DNA of 64,000 bases from the human T2T-CHM13v2.0 reference genome, Homo sapiens. Below are positions 1 to 15,109 of the stretch, in pieces. Positions within the stretch are counted from its first letter, which is position 1, and every line of letters begins with the position of its first letter. Under the pieces are notes generated by a model that was given only the letters and a program-made list of their open reading frames with translations, was not told the DNA's origin and searched no databases. Position numbers and translations under genes: made by a program. The DNA lies in the NCBI RefSeq assembly GCF_009914755.1, contig NC_060947.1, one strand, 5' to 3'.

Positions 1-1718
1 TTCTGATGTAGTGCAGTACTTTGTTTGCTAGTATTTTGTTGAGGATTTTTGTGTCTATATTCATCAGGGATATTGGCCTAAAGTTTTCTTTTTTCATTGT
101 GTCTGTGCCAGATTTTGGTATTAGGCTGATGCTGGCTTCATAGAGTGAATTAGGGAGGACCCCCTTCTATTCAAGTTTTTGGAATAGTTTCCATAGGATT
201 GCTACCAAATCTTATTTGTATGTTTGATAGAATTCAGTTGTGAATCCATCTGGTCCATGCTTTTTTTTCTGGTTGGTGGGATTTTTATTACTGATTCAAT
301 TTCAGAGCTCAATATTAGTCTACTCAGGATTTCAATCTCTTAATGATTCAATTCCGGGAGATTGTGTCTTTCCAGGAATTTATCCATTGCTCTAGAATTT
401 CCAATTCATATGCATAGAGTTCTTAATATTCTCTGAGCATCTTTTGTATTTCTGAGAGATCAATTGTAATGTCATGTGTCATTTCTGATTTTACTTATTT
501 ATATCTTCACAATTTTTACTTTGTGAATCTAGCTACTGGTCTATCAATCTTGTTTACTTTTTCAAATAACTAACTTTTGGTTTCATTTATCTTTTATATG
601 GATTTTTGGATCTCAATTTCATTCAGTTCTTCTCTACTTTCTTCTCCCTCTGCTAGCTTTGAGATTGGTTTGTTATTTATTTTCTAGTTCCTTCAGGTTC
701 AAAGTTAGATTCTTAATTTGATGTTTTTCTACCTTTTCTATGAAGGTGTTTAGGACTATAAACTTTCCTGTTAACATTACTTTAGCTGCATCCCAGAGAT
801 TTTGATAGTATGTATTCCTATTGTCATTAATTTAGAAGACATTCTTCAAAATATGTGCCTTAATTTTGATGTCCATCCAGGATTTATTTAGGAGCAATTT
901 GTTCAATTTCCATGTATTTGTATGGTTTTAAGCAGTATTGTTGACGTTAATTTCTATATTACCCTGTTGTCTGAGAGTATGCTTGGTATAATTTCAGGTT
1001 TTTAAAATTTACTGAGACTTTTTTTGACTGCGAATGGGGTTGATCTTGGACTATGTTCCATGTGCACATGAGAAGACCGTATTTCTGTGGTTGTTGAGTG
1101 CTCCGGAGATGTCTATTAGGTCAAACTGGTCAAGTGTCAAGTTTAAGTCCAGAGTTCCGTTGTTAGTTTTCCTCCCTGATGATCTAACACTGTCAGTGGG
1201 GTGTTGAAGTATTCTACTCACTTTTATTGTGTGGTTGTCTAAGTCTTTTCATAGGCCAAGAAGAACTTGTTTTTATGAATCTGGGTGCTCCGTTGTTGGG
1301 TGCATATATATTTTGAATAATTACATCGTCTTTTTGTATTGAACCCTTTATCATTATGTAATGCCCTTCTTTTTCCTATTTAATTATTATTGGTTTAAAA
1401 TCCATTTTATATGATAAAAGAATAGCAACTCCTGCTCTTTTGTGTTTTCTGTTTGCATTGTAGATCTTACTCCATCCCTTTATTTTGAGCTTGTGTGTGC
1501 CATTACATGTGAGATGGATCACCTGAAGACAGAAGATGGTTGAGTCTTGGCTTTTTATCCAGCTTGCCACTCTATGCCTTTTAAGTGGAAGTTTAGCTCA
1601 TTTACATTCAGGGCTAGTGTTATGTGAGATTCTGATCCTGTCATCATGTTGCTAGCTGGTTGTTATGTAGACTTGACTGTTTGATAGTCTTTATAGTGCC
1701 TGGGGGCTATGTGCTTAA

Positions 1719-2249
<531 letters not shown>

Positions 2250-2350
2250 TCAATTTCTTCTGGCTTGTAAGGTTTCTGCCAGAAGGTCTGGTGCTAGCCT
2301 GATGGGGATCATTCAGTATGTGACCTGTCCCTTCTCTCTAGCTGCCATTA

Positions 2351-2352
<2 letters not shown>

Positions 2353-2390
<38 letters not shown>
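2353..2390. repeat. Poly(T)38 tract within L1 ORF1
   Basis: Direct count of an uninterrupted T run. Confidence 0.95.
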
Positions 2391-2392
<2 letters not shown>

Positions 2393-4899
2393 ATTGACTT
2401 TGGTGAATCTGACGACTGCGCATTGGGGATAGCTGTATTGTATAGTATATAATCAGGGTTCTCTGTATTTCTTGGTTCTGCATGCCAACCTCTATAGCAA
2501 GTTTATGAAAATTGTCACGGACTATGTCCTCAAATACCTCTTCCAAGTTGTTTATTCTCCCTCTTTCTCTCTCAGAATGCCAATGGGTCATAGATTTGCT
2601 CTCTGTAAATAATCCTGTATTTCTCAGAGTTTTGTTCATTTAAAAAAAACCTTATCTTTGTTTTTATCTGATGTAATTGATTCAAATAACACATCTTTGA
2701 GCTCAGAGATTCTTTCCTCAGCTTGGTCTATTCTGCTGTTAATACTTCTATTTTTATTATGAAATTATTGTAGTTAATTTTTTAGCTCTAGAAGTTTATT
2801 TTGGTTCTTCATTAAAATGGCTATTTTGTCTTTCAGCTCTTGGATCATTTTACTGGATTCCTTGGACTAAGATTCAACTTTCTCCTAAATCTCAATGAGC
2901 TTCCTTGCCATTCAGATTCTGAATTCTGCCTGTCATTTCAGTTATTTCTGATTGGATAAGAACCATTGTTGGGGAGCTAATGGACTCATCTGGAGGTATG
3001 GGGACACTCTGGGTTTTTTAATTGCCAGAGTTCTTGTGTTGATTCTTATCTGGGAGTGTTGGTGTTCCTTTAATTGTGGTTTAAGTTTATTATAGTCAGT
3101 TGACTTCATTTCTGGATGTTTTCAGAGGGCCAAAGCTCTGTGCAGGGTCTTTATTTGTGGCTGAATTATTGCCCTTGCTTTCAGAGTGGTATATACTTTC
3201 AAAGCATTTTTGGTTTTGTAGTTTGGGCTGCGATACAGTAGATTGTGCTTAAGAGTAACGACCAGTAGATAGGCTCTTACTCAGCTGTGTGGCTCCTTTG
3301 TATTTCCTCATGTTTGCAGCCATGCTCTGTGATGTGATGGGCAAAGAGGTCACTCCCTCATCAGGTCCACTCCTGGGTTTTGGGGAAGCACCCTCTGATC
3401 GCTGGCACTATGCCTGCATTTCTTTTGTTAGATGTTCCAGGAGAAACACAGAGCCACTGACAATTAGAATGATCAGACAGGAGCGGGGTGGCTGTGCTGC
3501 AGGCCCAAGCCAGGGGACCCTGTTGGAAGAAGAGCAGGGGTGCGGTCACACAGAGAAGACAGTCTGTCCTCCTCTCCACAGGGCATCTGTGGCATGCTAG
3601 AGGTGTGAGCAAAGAAATGAGCCTATTTGTTTCCTCCTTAGCTGCAGGGGAGCAAGTGCAGGTACCTGCTAAGGCCTTTCTGTTGTCTTTGGGAGCTCCA
3701 CCCCAGAGAAAGCAGAGTCACTGACTAAAGCGATTAGGTGGAGGTAGGGTAGCTGTGCTGGGGTCCCAGGCTAGGAGGCCTTGCCCAGTGAGGAACAGCA
3801 GGGGCAAGGACGCACATGGAAAACAGTTTCGCTTCCTTTCAATACAGCAGCTGCAGTGTGCTGGAGGCCTTGTGACAGTTTTCAGGCTGTTTGCTCCCTC
3901 CCCAGCCTGAGATAAGCAGAGGCAGGGACCTTGACAGTGGCAATCACAGTGGGAGTTCTGGCTCAGAGAAACGGAGAGTTGTGACCATCTGGAGTCCTCA
4001 GCTGTGGTAGGGTGGCTGTGCTGGGGTCCAGGCCGGTGGCCCTTGCCTGGCAATGTGCAGCAGATGTGGGGCCTAAAGTCTGTCCACTCCTTAGCACTGT
4101 GGACGCAGCCCCTATCCTAGGGGCATGTGAAAGGGTCAGACTTCCCTTGTTGTCAGGGCTACAGAAGCTGGTGCCAAGGTGCTCAGGGATCCAAGGCCCA
4201 TGGGACTCAATGTGGGTTTGAGTGCTGGCTCTGCTCAGACTCCAGGCAGCTTTCTGTGTCACTCTGGAGGCCCACAGTGGTCAGGTGGGCTCTCCCATGC
4301 TCAGCTTGCAAAGGTTCACGGCAGCAGTGTAGGTCCCCAGGGACTGTCACTCACTCACCATTTTAAAGGGACAGGCAGCCTCTCCTGGCTCCATGCCAAT
4401 CCTGGGTAGGTGCCTTGCTCTTCTCTGCTCTCCATGGGTTGTCATTGTTTCCTTAATGAATCGCAGCGTGGTCTCCTGGGCAATCCACTTTAAGAGCTAG
4501 TGTGTATTCACCACTCTGTCTCCTCCGAGAGAGTGGTACACACTAGCTGCTTTTAGTCAGTCATCTTGAACCTGTCTCATATGTGAGTTTCTAAAAATTA
4601 AACATTTTGTTAAACATCAAGTTCTCTTTCAGCAAAAAGTAAAGGCATTAAAATCATTAGTAAGGATTCTTAAGTTAAGCATTCTCTCCTGACCAGAAAA
4701 TTCTCTTCATACGAAAAGTAGAGAAGCTAGGAAACAACAGAATATTTAATTCAAATATATGTTATCAATCAAAAACAAAAACCAAGACATTATAATATTT
4801 AAAAAAATTAAAATAGAAAATAAAAGCAAAATGAACCAATTCATTAGTGTGATACTACACATTTGATGACCAATAGTGATTGTCAAAAATCTCATTAAT

Positions 4900-5390
4900 A
4901 TGAATGCTGCCTTGGCATCCATCTTATTGTCTTGTCCCTAGCTTGTCACCCTTGACCTACATATTTTGAGACAGTCCTCTCAGTTCCTGTTTTTTTGTTC
5001 CAGGTAGATAAGGCTCCATACACTGAAGTGCTTGACCATCTTATTTCTGCTTGTAAGCAAGCCTGGTGAAATTGACAATTTAAGCCCATATTCCCATGCT
5101 TAGCCCCTTGCTCCTTTCAAATTAACCAATACAACCTGTCACAGAAAAATCTACATAGATAAGGACCCAGACCTCGAAAAAGGCATGGGCCCACAGGTCC
5201 CTCCCTCTCACTCTTACTCTCTACCTGCTGGCTGAGTACACGTCCTGAATGCCCCCTACTCATTCCCATTGGCCCTGCAAAGCATGCTGCCCTCTTCTCT
5301 CTGGAGTTTGTGAGTAATAAACTTACTCTTTTGCCTTTCTGGTCTGAGTTTCCCTTACTGTGCTGTACGTGACTACACCAAACTTAACAA
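4900..5390 (+). mobile_element. Probable old solo ERV LTR (family not resolved)
   Basis: ~490 bp with LTR-like layout: pyrimidine-rich R-like region, gagtAATAAActt poly(A) signal near 5315, ending in ...cttaaca. Confidence 0.45.
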
Positions 5391-8319
5391 ATACTTAACA
5401 AATTAAAACAATATTACCAATGTTTTGTAGGAATATAAACAGATCTTTTTAAAATTGTAGTTGTGCTAGTCAATAAATAAGCATCCAGTTAAAGTGAATT
5501 TCAGCAATTTAGTGTATCTCCATGTTAATGGAAGAGGCCTAAAATCAACCCAAGAAAACATCTGAGGTTGGTATTTTCCATGTTATTCTTCCTAGTGATT
5601 CAATATATTCCAAACAAGTTTCTTAACGGGAAGTTTAAAAATGATCTTAAGTTGACAGTGAACAATAAAGGGCATGACAATTTTTTTTTAGTTCTTGTTT
5701 ATTTCATTTTTATATCATCGTCTCCTGCCGAGTGTGGAAAATGGACTTCAGTTCATATACTGATACCTCAGCCTTTTATTTGAATAGACTTTAAGTTTGT
5801 TACTGATTTTAAAGTGGAAATGTTGCCTTCTTTAAAAGTAGAGCATTTGCTGAAATAATGCCTACATGATCAAAACATGTGCATACAACTTTTAAAAAAT
5901 GTCATTAGTCATCCGCATAGTTCTCTACCTAATCCAATGTCTAACACTTTAGAGAAAAAATAACATTTGCCTTGCCGATTATTCCCCAGATATTATCACT
6001 CAACTTTTCCTGTCACGTGATCATTTGTAGAAAGGATATGTTTTCAAATAGATGAAAATGTTTATTCTAATATTTGCACTCGTGTGTGAGCATGCCTTTT
6101 GCATTATACATGTATTTGTACATAGTTAACTCTTAAAGTTCTATAACTTATTTGAAAACTATATGGACTTTTTCCTTTTCTGTTTTCTACATGCAAAGTC
6201 TACTTGTAAAGCCGCTATGACATATACTTGATTGCCCATGCCCCCCGCCAAAGTTAGTTTAAATATAAATGCAGCTCAAACTTTTTACACGATTTGAAAG
6301 ATTCACTAGTCTGAAAATGCAAAAAAGTACTAGCAGTTATGAAAGCTTTGTATTAAAGAAGAAGCATCACAAGAGTAGATTATTTTGAAATTAGAAAGAG
6401 TTTCCTCTGTGTAACTGATGAGCAAAATCTAAACTGGGGAAAATGTCATGTCAATGAAAATTTTAAATGGTAAACTTTACCCAAGGAACAAAGTAGTTTT
6501 GCCTATAGAAAGGATTACGCAAAATAGGATTTAAGAAAGATAAACAGTGGATACTGAATGGAGAATTTTAATCATTCACACACACATTGAAAACTATATA
6601 GAATTAGAAAAGATAGAGGAGCAGTTAACTAATATTTCAACCTGGATTACTATTATAAAGCCTAAGTGAAGAGTGGCCTTTTCTTGAACTGACACTGTTT
6701 ATGGAGAAAATAAAAGGGAATTATCTACTGCAAAGTCACAGAGAAGGATTTCTTTTTAAAATGCTATCTAGATTATTACAGAGAAAATTGATTTTAAAAT
6801 GCTGACATAAAATGATTGAAATATTGTGTACCAATAATTTTCAATATGTAGTAAGTGTCAGAGTCTTAATTCCTACTCTCTACTGTCCATTATAGTCACT
6901 CAAAATATAATATCTAGGATCTTGTTTACCCATTTGAAATACAAAAACTATCTCCACATTTCCAGGATGAGGTAAGAGTGTAATCTGGATAATTCAAATC
7001 CATTAATTTTGTGTGTATATGTGTCTGAATGGGGCTGCTATTTATAATATTGATAATGCTAATGATTATACTAATAATTATAGATCTAATTATCCAATAG
7101 TCACTAAGTACCATAATTAGACAAGGCCCTACAGATCATTAAGTCCATTTTTATTCAAATTTCATAAAGCAATAGAAAATAGAATGTCACAAAATATTTA
7201 ATAGTGACAAAGGTAGAATAATTTTATTGAAGGTCCATTCTGTGCCCCTCGAGTTCTCTGTAAGTCCTTTATTTTAATTGAAAATGAAGTTATCAAACTA
7301 AAATAAACAAATTCCTGACTCATCCTTTCTCACTTAAAAAATCTAGCCGTCTGTGTGGATGCCACCTGCAGTTCTTTGAAGTATGGTTACTGTAGCTTTA
7401 AGAGAGAGCACCAAATTCATGCCAGTACTCCATAAGTGCCAGGCTGCATGCGCCATCAGCTGCACTAGGTAGTGATCTATCACCCTTGGTGTAGAAAAAG
7501 CAGCCCAACAAATGTAACATTTTCATATATACGCACAAATACTTAGACACGTATTTCTGTACCACACTCCCTCACCTCCCCAACACATACATATATAGAA
7601 GCATCAAACTTGTTCGTACTGCAAAAAGTGGCTTCCAAAGATTCCCATCTATATGCCCTTTATTTGGCTTGTTCATTAATCACTCATTTATTGAGTAACT
7701 ATGATGTATCAGAAATGGTAAAAGACATGGTCCTTAATGGCACAGATCTTACTGCATTTATGGGAGGTGTCCCATTAAAACATTCCTATAACCTGTTCTG
7801 AGTAGGTAAGACTAGGTATCCCACAACACCACAAAACACCCATAATCCTCCAGTTGACATGAGTTGGAAAGAATGTATGTTTCCCTGACTCAAAGGGAGG
7901 TAATTGGCCAAGTAACAAAGTTACTCTCTGACAAGTCTCCCAGTGCCAAATGATGGTGGCCGCTTAAAGTATCTGAATTAGGGGTGGGGAGTATTTTGGC
8001 AATAAGTATGATGATGAAGAAACACAGAAAATGAGTCTATAGAAAGAATCAAGAGAATGAAAAAAAGGAATAAACAAAAGACTCCAAAGCCCCACCCAGA
8101 GATATCAGGGGAAAATTCTTCCAAACTTTTACTTTATATGTGCTAGATAAGTTTATTTTTCTTGAAGCCAAAAAATGTAACTAAAGCAAAGGAAATAAAA
8201 TAAGTATGTTAGCACTTTTGAGTTGTTGAATTATGGGTGATTTTTATCTTCTTCAATACAATTTCTACATTTTCAAAATTGTATGCAATGACCCTGTAAG
8301 GCTCCTAAAATTAGATAAG

Positions 8320-8440
8320 TGTTCATTCGTTCAACAAATATTCATTGGACACCTACTATGTGGCAAGCACTGTCCGAGACTTTAAATATATAACTGGGAA
8401 ATAGTGAAAAAGGTCCCAGCTATCGTACAAATCATATTAG
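8320..8440 (-). mobile_element. L2 3' end fragment
   Basis: ttcattcgttcaacaaatattcattggacacctactatgtggcaagcactgt is the typical antisense L2 tail. Confidence 0.75.
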
Positions 8441-9729
8441 AGTTCATGATTTACCACATTATTTTATTTCTGCTTTCTGGAGAAAGCAAATGTCTTCAAA
8501 TTATTTCTTTGGTTCGGCTTGCTTGTAAGAGGTTTATGTATGTGCATGAATCTTAACACTGAGTTATTAGTAAGATTGACAGATGAAAACCAAAATTCAT
8601 CCCAAAATGTTATAAAATCTTTTAAAACAAAATGATTAAAATAAAATACATGAGTACATACATAAAAATAAAATTATAATATTTATTTGCAGAAGCCCTA
8701 TTTAAGTTCATTCAAATTGTATTACATCCTTGGTTAAGTTGAACTTTAAAAAATAGATATACATAGGAACTTTAATTTGAACTTCTATTGATTGAAATTA
8801 TAGTTTGCATTATGATGGGAAGAATCAAGTATATATTAGACTACATTAACAGATAAATATTCTGGGGATTCTTAAATGTTAAGTAGACAGTCTGATCCCT
8901 ACCCATAGCTCATCCAAGGTTTTGTAATATTGTTTTACATCAATCAGATAGGCAACATTTTTTAAAGGCAGCTGTAGCTGTGTCAAATACACTGCAGATA
9001 TTTCTAACTCTTTGAAAAGTATAGACAAGAACAGAACAAAGACAGCTTGTGAAGATCTAAAGGTTTATCTCAGGAAAGTTATCTGTCTTGGAAAGCTGCT
9101 TTGCTGTAATAACCTATTTTCAAGGACAAAGAGTTTGTACAGAAAAAAATACAATTCGCTGAGTAATATTGTGAAGAATGTAAAATGTAATTATAGTTTT
9201 ATCAGCAAGGCAAGTTCGTTTTCAAATAATTTTTCAAGGTAACAACAGGATTTTACTTGGCTTTTTGATTCATAGTGCTCTCCAATACAAGCTGTTAACC
9301 TGCAATTGCCTATGGGTATATGCATATCTAAAGAAAAATACTGCAAAAGAATTATTGAGCATGAAATACTCCCATGCATATTGTACAGCAGTTTATCTTG
9401 AAATTGACCAGGAAATAGAGCTAAAGATGTTATGTGAAATTTTAAAATGTAACTCACACCTCCCTTTGCTCCGTAATTATAGAGAAAGGGCAAATCTGAT
9501 GAATTTCAGTTTTATTTATACTTGAACATATTTTCAATACTATGTCTTTTCATTGATCAAGAAGAATATATGTACCAGTAAATACTCACTCAATGCAAAT
9601 TTGTTTCCAATTTTACAGTGGGGCTTTTAGCTTAATGAAAAACGTCCCTCCCTACGAATATCATTTACCTAGCAGTTCGGGTCTGTTAAGAGAGAGCTGG
9701 TCCAGGGTGGGTAGAAAAAAGAAAAGGGC

Positions 9730-9960
9730 CATTTGATGAACATTTCGTGTATCTCAGGCACTTTATGGTACAGCTTACATCTATTTTCCCATTTCCTCTT
9801 AACAATTCCAGTAGGCAGGTATTATTGTTATTCATGTTTTCCAGTTAGTAAGCAGGAATACAGAGATAACTTGCCCAAGATTACAAGGCTGATAATTGGA
9901 AGGGCTAGGACTTGAATCTAGGACAGTCAAAATTAGAGCCCATTCTCTAAACTACTATGC
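9730..9960 (-). mobile_element. MIR SINE
   Basis: MIR core remnants (gtaggcaggtattattg...aacttgcccaagattacaaggct...ggacttgaatctagg). Confidence 0.75.
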
Positions 9961-9994
9961 CAGATTGACTAATTGAAGAAATGGGGTATATCCA

Positions 9995-10440
9995 AATTTG
10001 TTCAATGTCTATTTGGTGACTGCTGTTACATACCAGGCACTGGACTGAGTGTTACAGAAACTGATAGTATTTGTTCTGTGCCCTTGAGGAGTTCAAGATC
10101 CTATGCAAGAGACTAATATATTAACTAATGACTATAAAGTGAGATAACCATAATAGGAAAAGGGTATGTACTGTGGAAATAACAACATGAAAACAGCTAA
10201 CTGTGCTTGGCAGCTGGAGAAAGACCTCATATAGGTGAGTGACATGTGAACACTGACTTGAAGAAAGAATGTTTGTTCAACAACTAGAGGATAACAGAAT
10301 ACTGAAGGAATGGTGGCAGGGTGGGTACACTTTAGGCAGAGCATACACTAAATGTAAAAATATTTCTTTTGTTCAAGGAATCCAAAATAATTGAGATTTA
10401 ATCACCAAAAGCTTAATATTTGAAGGTAAGCCTAGAAATT
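9995..10440 (-). mobile_element. L2 fragment
   Basis: taccaggcactgg...cccttgaggagttcaagatc...gaggtgac-like L2 motifs, highly diverged. Confidence 0.6.
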
Positions 10441-11799
10441 TGGGAAAGGTACACGATGCAATGAACATTTCTTGAGATAAAGAAACTTTACTGTCTGTAA
10501 CTTGACTAGAAAGACAGTACTGATTTTTTCCTGCCTTCAAAGCTGAGTATTAAGGCTGCTTTTGCTTTGTCAACTCCATGTGTTTTCTTTGGGGGAGCAG
10601 AAGTGAAAGAAATAGAGCAAAATGTAAGGATCACCATTATCATGTTTATGGTATTCCAGAGGTCATCCTCTAAGGTTTCCAAGTAATATGCATTCAACGA
10701 TATGTGTCCTGTCACCAAGCAGGGAAAGACCCTCTTCCAAGGTGAGGCTGTGATTGATCACACTGCCAACACCAAGGTGACATCTCAGCATTTACTACTT
10801 ATATGAACAGAGAATCAGCAGCAGCCTGTACTGCACAGAAGAGAGCACTTACAGGGAGAGATAAGAAAAAGCTCTATGGCAGTCAAAGTAAGTTACTATT
10901 TTGCAGGCCGAAAGAATACTTGTTATGTTTATAGTTTATATAATAATCCATCCATTCAGGATAGCAAGTTAAAGTCTTGCAATCGTTAGCTCAAAACTCT
11001 TCAGAATTTTCTTCTTCTGTTCAGGATTTAAACACAAAATACAAGTCTTTATTTTACACATTTAGACACAAAATACACATGCATGCTCACAGGTGTGAGT
11101 GGGCATGCACACACATGTTCTTCGGAAAAGAAGGGCACACTGAAACTGACCCCAACATTTCTAGTTTATTTCCTCCTCTAAAGAAAAGTGAAAAGATTGC
11201 CACATGCATAAGAGATCTCTAATCTGACCTTGCGTACTTCTCTTTCAGCCTAGTGAAGGAATTGCTATGATTCTATAACAGGGAAAATGTTTACATCTGC
11301 TCTCATGTAGTTAAGCATGGTCAACAAGAATTCTTCCTTGGAGAAAATGAACTCCGATGTGTCTATGGGACTACGAGCTGAGGTGTAGCATTTTCTATTT
11401 TTACTTTTAAATTTAAATTTATTTATATTTTGTTATTTAAATTGGCCTAGAAAGGCTCATAAGTGTGTATTTTCATGGGTGTGGATTTACCCTCACCTGT
11501 TTACAAACAAAATTTATATATTTACATGACCACTATGTTAGCCAGAGTAAATAGGACAAGCTCAACATATCCTAAAGAAAAGATGAACTCTGGCTTAGAA
11601 AAAAATATATGCTAATAACTGTACTTGTAAAGACCATTTTAAATTCTGGCAATTCCATCATCAACTGATTAGAAAAAAGTGACTCAGTACTTTTAACAGG
11701 TGAGCGCCTTACTAGGCCCTTCAAGGCCCCTTAATCTTTGTTTTTTTCTATTGCAATTACATAATGAAGCACAGTTTGATTGGTATATTGGTCCATCCC

Positions 11800-12170
11800 T
11801 GAAGTAGTCAGTACAGTTTGGCTGTTGTAATGAGCAATTTTAAAATAAGAGCAACTCAATAACATATTATGGTATGCTTCATGCAGTCAATAAAGAATCG
11901 GGACTTCTTCTACTGAATGACTCAACTGTCCATTAAGTCCTAAAATAAATCCACTTTATCAAACAGTTGCAAAATAGAAAAGTATGTAGAAAATCACATG
12001 AGATGTTTTCGGTGCCAGGCCTGAAGGTTAGGTGCATCACTTGACTCCACAATTTATTTTCCACAATTCAACCAAATGCCTCCTACTGATTGTGGGGATG
12101 ATGGGAAATATAGTCTAGCTGTGTGCCCATAAGGAAAAGGAAACAGAGTTTGATAAACACATATTATTTT
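11800..12170 (-). mobile_element. Old MaLR LTR (MLT1J/K-like)
   Basis: gctgttgtaa start-like region and gggaaatatagtctagctgtgtgccc...ggaaaaggaaacag motif recalled from MLT1. Confidence 0.55.
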
Positions 12171-12494
12171 CCCTTACTAATCTAGTAGTTGCTTTGCTTT
12201 GGGGACAGATATCAGACACTAAAGTAAAATTTTTACTCAACTCTTTTGGGTATTCTAACAACATAAAATTCACTTTTTTATTATAGAAACATACCAACAT
12301 TTAATAATCTCAGAAAAAGAATTATGTATAAAAGTGCCTATTTCTATTCTTGCCAGCATCGTATATTATTGTTTTGTTGCAAAAGTAATACATTCACTTA
12401 ATAGAAAATGTAAGCACTTCTACAGAATAAAAATGGTGAGCAGATATAGCCACCCTAATTTTAACTCATTTATACTTTCAAGTGATACATTTCA

Positions 12495-14268
12495 TTGTTT
12501 TTAACAGCTTTAAGGTATAATTGATATAAAAATTGCACATATTTGATGTACGAAATTTGATGAGTTTGAGCAAATGTGTACATCCATGAGATCATCATCA
12601 CAATCAAGGTAATAGACACATCCATTACCTCCAAATTTCTTTGTGTCCTTTTTTCTGTGTGGTAACAAGACTTAACATGAAGTCTACTCTATTAACAAAT
12701 TTTTAAGTACACAATGCAGTACTAACTATGGGTGCTATGTGGTGCAGTCAATCTCCAGTTATTACTTATCTTGTATAACCCAAACTTTATGTCAATTGAA
12801 CAATAACTCCCCATTTTCTGCTCCCTCCAGCATTTGGTAACTACCATTCTATTCTCTGCTTCTATGATTTTGACTATTATATGCATACCTCATATATAAG
12901 TAGAATCACTTATATGTTCTTCTGTGCCTGACTTGTTTCACTTAGCATAATGTCCTCCAGGTTCATCCATGTTGTCACAAATGGCAGGAGTTCCTTCTAA
13001 GTCTGAGTAATATTCCATCATATGTAAATATCACATTTTCTTTATTAATTCGTCTGTCAACGGCTATATGGGTGGTTTCTATCTCTTGGCTCTGGTGAAT
13101 TATGCTTCAGTGAATATGACAGTATAGTTATCACTTCAAGATAGCAATTTCAATTCTTTTGGGTGTCTATCAAGAGATGGGTTTGCTGGATCAGATGGTA
13201 GTTCTATGTTTAACTTTTTGAGAAACCTTCACACTGTTTTTTATAGCAGGTACAACCTTTTACATTCTTGTCAATAATGTACAAGGGTTCCAATTAATCT
13301 CCATCATCTCTAACACTTTTGTCTTGTCTTGTTGACAATATTCATCTGAATAGGTGTGAAGTGAAATCTCATTGTGGTTTTTATTTGTATTTCCATGATT
13401 ATTAGTGATATTTAACATCTTTTCATATAATTGTTAATTCATATGTCTTCTTTGGAGAAATATCTATGTAAACTCTGAAAAATTTTTAATCAGATTATTT
13501 GGGTTTTTAAATATTGAGTTATAGGAGTTCCTTATATATTTTGGATATATTAAGGACATTAACCCCTTATCATATATGGTTTACAAATATTTTATCCCAT
13601 TCTGTAGATTGCCTTTTCACTCTGTTGTTTCCTTTGCTGCACAGAAGCTTATTAGTTTGATGTAGCCCCACTTGTCTAATTTTGCTTTTATTGCTTGTGC
13701 TTTTGGTGTCATATCTAAGAAATCAATGCCATGCTCAATGTCAATAAGCTTTTCTTTTATGTTTTAAGAGCTTTACAGTTTCAGGTCTTACATGTAAATC
13801 TTTAATGCATTTTGACTTGTTTTGTGTATGGTGTAAGAGTTCAATTTCATTCTTTTGTATATGAATATTCAGTTTTGTCAGAACCATTTATTGAAGAGAT
13901 TGCCCTTTCCCCATGTATTATCTGCATCCTTGTTGAAAATCATTTGACTGTATATATGTAGGTTTAGTTCTGGGCTCTTTAGTTTGTTCCACTTGGTCTA
14001 TATTACTGTTTGTATACCAATACTGTACACTATTTTAGTTACTGTAGTTGTATGATATATTTTTAAATTGGAAAGTGTGGTGCCTCTAGCTTTGTTCTTC
14101 TTTCTCAAGATTTCTCTGGCTATTTGGAGTCTTTTGTTGCTCCATATGAATTTTAAGATAGTATTTTTTATTTCTGTAGAAAATCCCATTGGAATTTTAA
14201 TAGGGATTGTCTGGACCCTGTAGATGGTTTAGATAATACGGACATTTTAACAATATTAATTCTTCCCT
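12495..14268 (-). mobile_element. L1MA/L1MB 3' portion (ORF2 C-terminus plus 3'UTR), 5' truncated
   Basis: ORF 13998-14189 (ILKFIWSNKRLQIAREILRKKNKARGTTLSNLKIY) is L1 ORF2; antisense L1M 3'UTR begins near 12495. Confidence 0.9.
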
Positions 14269-14581
14269 TTAGAAACTGACAATGCCAAGCTGTGTGTAGA
14301 TTTTCACTTGGCTGTTAGATAACCAGGTAGAATCAAGCCATTTAGGATAAACAAGGCCAAAGCTAGAGGTACCAAATGAAAAAAAAAATCAACATTGATT
14401 TTATTGAAATTGTACTGAGTTTTTGTTTTTGCCATTGTCAAAAGAAACATACAGAGCAGCATTTTTTTAGTCATACACAGATTGCACACAAAATTTGATA
14501 ACTGTAGAACCTCTTCCCCCAAATGCATATATACATATACAAACAAAATAATTATCAATACAATTTTAAGAGATTTGCATA

Positions 14582-14878
14582 CAATCATACTTTGGTTCCA
14601 TGAGGGACTGGCTCATAGATACCAAAATCTGTGGATACCCAAGTCCCTGATATAAAATGGCAGAGTATTTGCATACAACCTATACACATTCTCTGGTATA
14701 CTTTAAATCATTTATACATTACTTATAACACTTAATACAGTGTAAATATCATATAAATAGTTTACACTATATTTTTATTTGTATTATTTTGTATTGTTTT
14801 TATTTTTTTAAGAATATTTTCTATCTGCAGTTGGTTGAATCAGCAGAAGTGGAATCGATAGATACTGAAGGCCAACTA
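14582..14878 (+). mobile_element. MER2 (TcMar-Tigger non-autonomous DNA transposon)
   Basis: gataccaaaatctgtggatacccaagtccctgatataaaatggc...ggttgaatc...gatactgaaggccaact matches recalled MER2; TA dinucleotides flank both ends. Confidence 0.85.
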
Positions 14879-15109
14879 TACCTTCAATTAAGAACTACTG
14901 CTTTAGACCATATACCAAAGCACTTTATAAAACAGACAATTCCTATGATCAGTGAAGGTTTATGTTAAGGGACTTAACCTTCTTAGGACACTGTCTTACA
15001 TCAATCACTTACTTTATATAGACAACATGAGAAAAATGACATTACCAACAATTATAAAATGTCTGGGTTCTGGGGGCTTTAAAGAACATCTAGATACCAC
15101 ATGCTGGAC

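Noticed and set aside
6012-6021. gtcacgtgat E-box (USF/MiT-TFE-like)
   Set aside because: Single isolated motif with no supporting promoter context.
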